From Deferribacterales bacterium (GTDB lineage: Bacteria; Chrysiogenota; Deferribacteres; Deferribacterales; Geovibrionaceae): DNA of 64,000 bases. The notes below the pieces were generated by a model that saw nothing but the letters and a program-made list of their open reading frames with translations, did not search any database and had not been told where the DNA came from. Position numbers and translations under genes: made by a program. The stretch lies in assembly GCA_050251875.1 (NCBI GenBank), contig JBFWMA010000003.1:200436-264435 (forward strand). Reading direction: 5' to 3'. The stretch's first letter is position 1, and each line of letters opens with the position of its first letter. This document shows, in pieces, positions 56,985-64,000 of the stretch.

Positions 56985-59893
56985 AGAGTTTTTCCGTTTG
57001 CCAGCATGTCGGCGTATTCCTCTATCCTGACCGGCTTGCTGAAATAATATCCCTGAACCTCGTCACAGCCCTTGTCACGGCAGAAATCAATCTGTTCTTC
57101 CGTCTCGGTGCCTTCCGCCACAACCATGAGGTTCAGCGATTTTGCCAGAGAGATTATAGATTCGGATATCACTATGTCGTCTGTGTCGTCCGGAATGTCT
57201 TTTATGAATGACCTGTCTATCTTCAGGATGCTGATGGGGAATTTTTTCAGATAGCTCAGCGATGAGTATCCCGTTCCGAAATCGTCTATGGATATTCGGA
57301 CGCCTTTCTCCACCAGTTTCGCCAGATAGATTATGGTGGTCTGGATGTCTTCCATCACGGTATTTTCAGTTATTTCCAGCTCCAGATTATGCGGCGGCAG
57401 ACCTGTTTCTTTCAGGATATCGCACACGGAATCTATGAGTGTTTCGTCACGGAACTGCCGGGCGGAAAGGTTGACAGCCACCGTCAGGTGCGGGAACCCG
57501 CCTCTGTGGAGTCTTACCGTGTCTTCACATGCTTTTCTGAGAACCCATTTGCCTATGCTGATGATGTGTCCTGTATCTTCGGCAACGGGTATGAACTCCA
57601 TCGGAGAGATCATGGTGCCGTTTTTGTTCCACCTGATGAGGGCCTCAGAGCCTGTTATCTTTCCGGTGAGCAGAGACACCTTCGGCTGATAATAGACTTC
57701 GAACTCATTGTCGTTTATAGATTTTCTGAGCTCCCGCTCCATGTTTACACGGTTCTGAACCTTGTCGTTCATGGTTTTGGTGAAGAGCTGATAGCTGTTC
57801 TTGCCTGTCTCTTTCACACGGTACATGGCGAGGTCTGCGTTCTTTACTATAGTCAGCACATCATCTCCGTCATCCGGATAGATGGTGATGCCTATGCTGG
57901 CGTTAATGAAAAAGTCGTTCTCGTGTATGTTGATGGGGTGGGCGAACTCGGACAGTATCCGCCTGGCTGTCTCCACAGCGTTGTTTTCGCTCTCTATGTC
58001 CTGAAGGATAATCATGAACTCATCGCCGCCCAGACGTGCCACCGTGTCTTCCAGTCTTACACATTCTTTCAGTATCTCAGCCACACGCTGAAGCAGGATG
58101 TCGCCGGTATAGTGTCCCATGGTGTCGTTGACGTTTTTGAAGTTGTCCAGATCTATGAAGAGCACAGCCACCTTCTGTCTGTGTCTCTTGGCGAATGCCA
58201 GCGCCATTTCCAGACGGTCGTTGAAGAGCTGGCGGTTTGGGAGTCCGGTCAGGGTGTCGTGGTGCGCCTGATATTTCAGCTTCTCTTCGCCCTGCTTCAC
58301 TTCGGATATGTCGTGGAAGATGGCGACAAAGTGGGTTATTTTTCCGTATGAATCTTTTATAGAGTTGATGGAGAGCCATTCAGGATAGGCGTCCCCGTTC
58401 TTTCTTCTGTTCCATATTTCGCCGCTCCAGCCGCCTTTCGTCAGCAGTTTCGACCACATTTTTTCATAGAAAGCGTCATCGTGCTTATCTGATTTCAGGA
58501 TTCTGGGGGTTTTGCCTATGGCTTCAGCCGCTGTATATCCCGTGATGCTGGTGAACGCCGGGTTGACCTTCTGTATCACGCCGTTCTGGTCTGTGATGGT
58601 GATGCCCTCCACAGTGTTTTCCAGAACGCTGGCGGCGAGGATGAGCTGACGCTCCTTCTCTATCTTGTCCTCAATCTCTTTCACCAGCTGGATATTGGTG
58701 TTGTAGAGCTCGTTCGTGCGCTTTTCTACCAGAAGTTCCAGATGGTTTTTATATTTTTCCAGCTCGCTCTGAGCCTTTTTTCTATCGGTGATGTCCAGAG
58801 TGTATTCGATCATCTGAACCACGTTGCCCTTTTCATCGAAAACGGGGTGTCCGTGGATTTCGTAAAACAGCCTGTTGTTGTCCTTGTCATAGTGAACGTG
58901 CTCGGTCACCACGGAGACTTTGTTGTTCTTTACCTGATGGAAGGGACAGTCATAGTTCTCCATGTAACACGGCAGTTTGCTGTGGTGGAGCAGTTCATAG
59001 CATTTCACGCCTTTAACGTGTCCGGCGGCGCTGTTGGATACCACCACGTCCATTGTCTGGATATCTATCACGAAGAAGGGGTGCGCCACAGATTCGATTA
59101 TGTTATTCAGAAAAGCGAGCTGACCCAGCAGTTTGTCGTTCGCCTGCTTTTTATCAGTCACATCGGTCATGGAGCAGATAAAGCCGACTATCTGTCCGTT
59201 TTTGTCCCTTTTGTATGCCCATGACATCTCTATGAATATGGGCGTTCCGTCATATCTGACATGTCTGTGGGTGAACCGGGTGGGCAGAGCCTCGGTGGAC
59301 GCCGCTTTCTTGAAATTATCTATAACGAACTGACCGCTGTGCTCGTCCATCAGCATGGCGAGGCTTTTTCCGGTCATCTGTTCCGATCTGTATCCGTAAA
59401 TCTGTTCCGCTGACGGGCTGGCATAGCTGATTACGCAATCTCTGTCCATCTCCACTATCCCGTTGGACAGCGTGCTCAGCAGAGTGTCCAGTCTGGCATC
59501 CGACTCACAGAAATCACAGACCAGATTCATATATCCGCATACTGCCGGCGATCCGTTGTCATCGGATGAGAAAACAAGCGAAACAGAGAGAGTGATCTCT
59601 TTGCCGTCTTTTCTTTTGGCTTTGAATCTTGGCGAGCTGGCGGATGTTTTTTTGGAATAGAGGGCGTCATCGAGAAGATCGATCATGGCGGTCCGGGAAT
59701 CCTTTGTCAGCAGATCTTTGAATTTAAGAGTTCCCACGTCTTCTTTAGAATAACCGAGAATGTCTTCAGCATTGGCAGAGAGATAGGTGACGGGATAGCC
59801 GGATTCTGTCCGGAGACAGAAAAAGACAGCGCTTCCCTTATTTACGAGGTTGTCGAAAAAGTCAGATTTGCCTGCCGAGTTAATCAATTCCAT
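56981..59893 (-). CDS. Cytoplasmic multi-PAS GGDEF-EAL protein
   Basis: PAS repeats; intact RLGGDEF, SEALIRW, DDFGTGYSS and QGYYFS motifs. Confidence 0.95.
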   Translation of the reverse strand: MELINSAGKSDFFDNLVNKGSAVFFCLRTESGYPVTYLSANAEDILGYSKEDVGTLKFKDLLTKDSRTAMIDLLDDALYSKKTSASSPRFKAKRKDGKEITLSVSLVFSSDDNGSPAVCGYMNLVCDFCESDARLDTLLSTLSNGIVEMDRDCVISYASPSAEQIYGYRSEQMTGKSLAMLMDEHSGQFVIDNFKKAASTEALPTRFTHRHVRYDGTPIFIEMSWAYKRDKNGQIVGFICSMTDVTDKKQANDKLLGQLAFLNNIIESVAHPFFVIDIQTMDVVVSNSAAGHVKGVKCYELLHHSKLPCYMENYDCPFHQVKNNKVSVVTEHVHYDKDNNRLFYEIHGHPVFDEKGNVVQMIEYTLDITDRKKAQSELEKYKNHLELLVEKRTNELYNTNIQLVKEIEDKIEKERQLILAASVLENTVEGITITDQNGVIQKVNPAFTSITGYTAAEAIGKTPRILKSDKHDDAFYEKMWSKLLTKGGWSGEIWNRRKNGDAYPEWLSINSIKDSYGKITHFVAIFHDISEVKQGEEKLKYQAHHDTLTGLPNRQLFNDRLEMALAFAKRHRQKVAVLFIDLDNFKNVNDTMGHYTGDILLQRVAEILKECVRLEDTVARLGGDEFMIILQDIESENNAVETARRILSEFAHPINIHENDFFINASIGITIYPDDGDDVLTIVKNADLAMYRVKETGKNSYQLFTKTMNDKVQNRVNMERELRKSINDNEFEVYYQPKVSLLTGKITGSEALIRWNKNGTMISPMEFIPVAEDTGHIISIGKWVLRKACEDTVRLHRGGFPHLTVAVNLSARQFRDETLIDSVCDILKETGLPPHNLELEITENTVMEDIQTTIIYLAKLVEKGVRISIDDFGTGYSSLSYLKKFPISILKIDRSFIKDIPDDTDDIVISESIISLAKSLNLMVVAEGTETEEQIDFCRDKGCDEVQGYYFSKPVRIEEYADMLANGKTL

Positions 59894-59932
59894 AGCAAAA
59901 TCTAACAGATAAGCTGTATAAATGCAAGGGAA

Positions 59933-60631
59933 TCAACTATTTAACTGATTTTTAAAAAAACAGTACGAACAGTAAATACGGCTGTACAGCATGTTGAGTT
60001 CGGCGGTGTTGTTTTTGTCGGCGGACTGCATTTTCGAGCAGTAACCGCACAGGGATTCCGCCTGCATATTGGCGGCGGCGCCCTTCATTTTGTGCGCCAC
60101 ATGGGTGATGTCTTCCGGGCTGTTCTCTGCTATGGCATTTTTCAGATTGGCGATCTCTTCGTCAAAAACGGTGAGAAATTCTTTCATCAGCATGCGCATG
60201 GTCTCTTCGTCCAGACCGATTATCTCGGAGGCATGTTTTATGTCATAGGGTTTGTCTGTGCATTTGCATGCGGCTATGGCTTCTGTCAGTTCTTTTATCT
60301 TTTTCAGGTTAAAAGGTTTTTCCAGAAAAAAGTCGAAACTGCCGTCCTCGGAATATTCCTCGTCGGCGGATATGCACACCAGAAGTGGCGGCATCATCTC
60401 TTTTGCCTTCGAGGCTTTTTTTATCATCACGGCACATTCCGGACCTGTGTATACCGGCATGTTTACATCCAGAAAAACAGAGTCGAACGACCCCTGTTCG
60501 AACATCTCCATCGCCTCCCGCCCGTCCTTCGCCATTGTGCATACGGCATCGAACTTGTTCAGGAGCTTTTCGAGCATCATACGGTTCAGCTGGTCATCTT
60601 CCGCTATGAGGATATTGATAAAACACGACAT
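59933..60631 (-). CDS. Receiver-Hpt protein
   Basis: AEDD, FLDVNMP and KP (REC); AHKMKGAA (Hpt). Confidence 0.9.
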   Translation of the reverse strand: MSCFINILIAEDDQLNRMMLEKLLNKFDAVCTMAKDGREAMEMFEQGSFDSVFLDVNMPVYTGPECAVMIKKASKAKEMMPPLLVCISADEEYSEDGSFDFFLEKPFNLKKIKELTEAIAACKCTDKPYDIKHASEIIGLDEETMRMLMKEFLTVFDEEIANLKNAIAENSPEDITHVAHKMKGAAANMQAESLCGYCSKMQSADKNNTAELNMLYSRIYCSYCFFKNQLNS

Positions 60632-60639
60632 TTTCTTTC

Positions 60640-62112
60640 CTAAAAGAATTCTATGGACGACTGTTCATCCTCAGAGGCGAGAATGTCTCTGAGCTCGGAT
60701 TCGTTTCTGCCCTGTGTGAACAGCTCATCCGACAGTATTTTGTCATCCAGCCTGTTGTTGAAGGAGTCGAACTCCTCGTTGGTGTGGTCTACAAATTCGG
60801 AAAACAGCGCCAGCAGTCTGTTGGTGTTGCTGTCGAAATAGTTCATGTATTTTTCGCCGGCGAAGACAGACCGGAAATCGGTCAGCTGAGCCTCGAGATC
60901 GTATGTGCTTCGGAGCATCTTCTCTCTGTCCGATTTGATGGACGGATCACAGATGGTTTTCAGCTCTATTCCGGCGTTTTTGAATGTTGTCAGGAAATCA
61001 TTCTGGAGTTTTTGCCACAGGCTGATGTTGTAGTGCAGTTTTTCTATCAGTCCCTGAAGCTCTTTTTCGGTGCTGATCATGGAAACGACAACGCTTCTGA
61101 GATCCTCATCATTTATTCTGGCGACCTCTATGGCTGTAACCACCACCAGGTTTTTAAATGTTTTCGACTGTTTGCCCAGATTGTTCACTCCGGCTGTCGC
61201 CTTGTGAATCACCATCTGGGATTCAGCGATGCTGTCCTGCAGGTTTCTGATGGTTTTGCATATGGTGCCGGAGATGGACTCCACCCGGAGCAGTTCTTCC
61301 CGGAGGATATTGGTTTTGCTGATGATGTTTTGCAGGTCGGTGTTGAAGGTGTATATGAAATCCTTCATAACATACTGGATGCTCTCTATCTTTTCCTGAA
61401 GAGACATTTTTATGAAGTCCAGCTTGTTTATCGCCTTTTCATACACTCCGAAAATGCGTCCCGCCTCATAGGCGTCTGAAAACTCGTTGGTGCTCAGAGC
61501 ATCGTTTATGATCTCCAGCTCCTGCGAAAAAATATCATGGAACTGAGAATTTTCTATCAGAACAGACACATCTGATGATATTACCAGCTCTTCCATAGCG
61601 TCCAGTGTCAGCATCCCCGAATTGCCTGATATGTTGCTGTTGATAATGTTTTCCGCTATGTAACGGAATTTTTCATATACGGCGGAGAACTCTTTTGTTA
61701 TGTCGTCCAGAAGAGTTTTAACCGTTGTGGAGTATTTCTTTATCTCTTTACTGATATGCGTGATGGTCGAGCCTTTTTCGCCCAGCGCCATTGTGCGGCA
61801 TATGGTGTTATAAGACAGAAGCTCAAGATCCTCTGTGATGGACAGGAACGTTTTTGTCGCTTCCTGAAGCTCAGAACGCATCTGCTCCATGTTCAGGCTG
61901 TCTATCTTGGCATTGATATTCAGAGATATGTTTCCCACTACCTTTTCTGTCTCGCCGACAAAGTTTTCAGAATCTTTCTGGATGCTCTCGCCGACTTCCA
62001 GCATGGCGGAGAAAGTATTGGTACGGTGTTCGATGATCTCGTTAATGATCCCGACTATCTGATAGAAACACTCGTTGATCTCGTCTCTAAGTTTTTCGTA
62101 TGCCTTACTCAT
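60640..62112 (-). CDS. Soluble coiled-coil, degenerate chemoreceptor-like protein
   Basis: LLSYN...ALGEKG and TAIEVAR tip-like segments; QFHDIFSQ; C-terminal SIEFF. Confidence 0.6.
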   Translation of the reverse strand: MSKAYEKLRDEINECFYQIVGIINEIIEHRTNTFSAMLEVGESIQKDSENFVGETEKVVGNISLNINAKIDSLNMEQMRSELQEATKTFLSITEDLELLSYNTICRTMALGEKGSTITHISKEIKKYSTTVKTLLDDITKEFSAVYEKFRYIAENIINSNISGNSGMLTLDAMEELVISSDVSVLIENSQFHDIFSQELEIINDALSTNEFSDAYEAGRIFGVYEKAINKLDFIKMSLQEKIESIQYVMKDFIYTFNTDLQNIISKTNILREELLRVESISGTICKTIRNLQDSIAESQMVIHKATAGVNNLGKQSKTFKNLVVVTAIEVARINDEDLRSVVVSMISTEKELQGLIEKLHYNISLWQKLQNDFLTTFKNAGIELKTICDPSIKSDREKMLRSTYDLEAQLTDFRSVFAGEKYMNYFDSNTNRLLALFSEFVDHTNEEFDSFNNRLDDKILSDELFTQGRNESELRDILASEDEQSSIEFF

Positions 62113-62470
62113 ATTTTCTCAATATATCCGACAGAAGGCTTTCTGTGACAGGTTTGAAAACCACGTCATCAAAACCCGACCCGTCCAGATATGATCTTTC
62201 CCCCACATCCGCTGTCAGAGCGAGATATTTTGTTTTGGACCATTTCGTGTTCTGCTTCAGAAACTGAAGAGCGTCCACGCCGGTGACCCCCGGCTGGAGT
62301 CTGAAATCGACAAGAGCTATGTCAGGTTCCGTCATGCCGTCCGTGTGCTTTTTCAGAGAATCCAGAGATTCTTCCGTCATCACGGTGTGGTTCATCTTCT
62401 CTAAAAGTATCCTGCACATTTTCAGGTGCAGAACGTTGTCATCGATTATAAGAACATGCATAAAAGTCAC
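62105..62470 (-). CDS. Single-domain response regulator (CheY-like)
   Basis: IIDDN, LVDFRL, ALTA and KP motifs; start could be ATG 62461. Confidence 0.88.
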   Translation of the reverse strand: MTFMHVLIIDDNVLHLKMCRILLEKMNHTVMTEESLDSLKKHTDGMTEPDIALVDFRLQPGVTGVDALQFLKQNTKWSKTKYLALTADVGERSYLDGSGFDDVVFKPVTESLLSDILRKYE

Positions 62471-62473
62471 CGC

Positions 62474-64000
62474 TTAAAATAATTTATTAACATTGAGCAC
62501 GAGCACGGCCTTTCCGTCTCCCAGAATGGTCACGCCGCCGATATAGTTGAGGTGTGCGAAATATTCCGGCACCGGTTTAATCGCTATATCCATTCTGTTG
62601 AGAAGCTCATGGACTATTATACCAGTTTTTCCGGCGTCAGTAACAGTTATCACAATATTTACTTCATCGGCAAGCTCTTTCTCCCCGTCTCCGAGAAGCT
62701 GTGAGAGCTGTGTCAGGGGGAGTACGTTGCCTCTGTAGTATATGCCTTTGCCGGAATGCAGGTCTTTTACCTGTGTTTTGCTTACTTTTATGGTTTCCGC
62801 CACGTTTTCAATGGGGAAAGCGTAGTGTTCATCGTTTTCCATGCGGACGAGCAGAGATGTGGACATTCCGATTGTTACGGGGATCTTCATCACGACTCTT
62901 GTGCCGTCACCCATTGAGGACTGAACATCTATGATGCCGCCAACGCTGGTGATGGAGCTCTTCACCACATCCATTCCCACGCCCCTTCCGGATATGTCGG
63001 TCACCTGCTCTGCTGTGGAGAAGCCGGGGGCGAGGATGAACTGGATGATCTCTTTTTCGGTCAGGTTGGCGTCTTCCGCCGCCAGACCTTTAGAAACGGC
63101 TTTGGCGAGCACCTTTTTGGGGTCTATTCCCCGTCCGTCATCTATCACTTCTATGTATACGAAACTTCCTTCGTTATATGCCTTCAAAATCAGATGCCCG
63201 GTGTCGGGCTTGGATGCTCTGCCTCTGTCTGCCGGAGGCTCTATCCCGTGGTCGCATGAGTTGCGCACGAGATGCACCAGCGGGTCGGAGAGTATGTCGG
63301 CTATCTTTTTGTCTATCTCTGTGTCCTCGCCTATGATGCGCAGGTCGATCTGTTTATCCTGCTTGCGGGCGATATCTCTGACGACTCTGGGGAATTTGTT
63401 GAATATCTGCTTGATGGGAACCATGCGCAGAGACATGATGTCTCTCTGGAGATCCTGAGATATTCTGGATATCAGGTTAGAGTTGTCTTTAAAATCTTTC
63501 AGGAGGCTGGTGGGCAGGTTGAACTCTCTGATGAGCTTCTGCACCATGTATTCGTATGCGTTCTTGGCGACTGTCAGCTCGCCTATGGTGTTGGTGAATT
63601 TGTCTATTTTTTCCTGATCCACTTTCATGGACTGGGAGAATTTCTCTTTTGAGCCGTCTTTCGATTCCGGTTCTTCCGCCGCCGCGCCGTATCCCTGAAC
63701 AGCCTGTGACGGTACGGATACCTCCATCGCTTTCATGACGGTCTGCTTTTTCAGCGCTATGTCCAGATCTTCCTTGCCTATCTTTCCCTGATCCACGAGT
63801 ATCTCGCCGATCCTTTTCTGCTGGGCTTTTGCCGCTTCTATTTCGGCGGCGCTTATTTTGCCTGATTCCACAAGGAGCTCGCCCAGCTTTTTAGCGGGGG
63901 ATTTCAGCCCGATGATGTAGTTTTCTATCTTCGCCAGCTCAGTCTGATAGTCATCGCTGACGGACGCTTTTTTATCAAAATCAGAGGCGAGCTGCATCAG
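62474..64000 (-). CDS. cheA: Chemotaxis histidine kinase CheA (5' part outside the window)
   Basis: HLVRNSCDHGIE, DDGRG and PGFSTAEQVTDISGRGVGMDVV motifs; C-terminal CheW domain; frame open at the window edge. Confidence 0.95.
   Translation of the reverse strand: MMQLASDFDKKASVSDDYQTELAKIENYIIGLKSPAKKLGELLVESGKISAAEIEAAKAQQKRIGEILVDQGKIGKEDLDIALKKQTVMKAMEVSVPSQAVQGYGAAAEEPESKDGSKEKFSQSMKVDQEKIDKFTNTIGELTVAKNAYEYMVQKLIREFNLPTSLLKDFKDNSNLISRISQDLQRDIMSLRMVPIKQIFNKFPRVVRDIARKQDKQIDLRIIGEDTEIDKKIADILSDPLVHLVRNSCDHGIEPPADRGRASKPDTGHLILKAYNEGSFVYIEVIDDGRGIDPKKVLAKAVSKGLAAEDANLTEKEIIQFILAPGFSTAEQVTDISGRGVGMDVVKSSITSVGGIIDVQSSMGDGTRVVMKIPVTIGMSTSLLVRMENDEHYAFPIENVAETIKVSKTQVKDLHSGKGIYYRGNVLPLTQLSQLLGDGEKELADEVNIVITVTDAGKTGIIVHELLNRMDIAIKPVPEYFAHLNYIGGVTILGDGKAVLVLNVNKLF

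Noticed and set aside
81..63652. Long antisense or alternate-frame ORFs (e.g. 6433..7446, 8510..9628, 41475..42476, 45714..46667, 48495..49469, 57389..58351)
   Set aside because: They shadow well-supported genes, carry no recognisable motifs and are expected from codon bias.
1..64000. CRISPR arrays, tRNA/rRNA, IS or prophage genes, defence systems
   Set aside because: No spaced direct repeats, cloverleafs, transposase/integrase motifs or defence-nuclease motifs were seen by eye.

Overview
Gene-dense, mostly core chromosomal window of a Gram-negative (LPS-producing) bacterium. The gene content suggests an anaerobe, possibly Deferribacterota; this is inference only. No rRNA, tRNA, CRISPR array or mobile element was found. 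Housekeeping blocks: LPS heptosyltransferases, pheA-hisC-aroF-tyrA-aroA-cmk-ispH-rpsA-sppA, truA/tatA/lnt/fur, ccsA-hemACDB, nth-larC and a Fur-boxed TonB/ABC metal-uptake operon. The most notable observations are: (1) a 1051-codon surface-protein gene, split by one in-frame TAA, in which an internal GGGGC-TM-RKK sorting signal is followed by a second signal peptide and an outer-membrane beta-barrel (candidate polyprotein); (2) a Pho-box-like-controlled divergent locus with ornithine-lipid genes, a PHP-GT4 fusion and a radical SAM enzyme (candidate phosphate-starvation lipid remodelling); (3) a chemosensory cluster with an MshEN-like CheA, a sensorless double-tip receptor-like protein and a GGDEF-EAL protein; (4) twin 77-aa unknown paralogues behind a consensus promoter; (5) two candidate GGA-rich structured RNAs; (6) repeated leaderless-type promoter-ATG geometry. 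All calls come from reading motifs by eye; no database searches were run.
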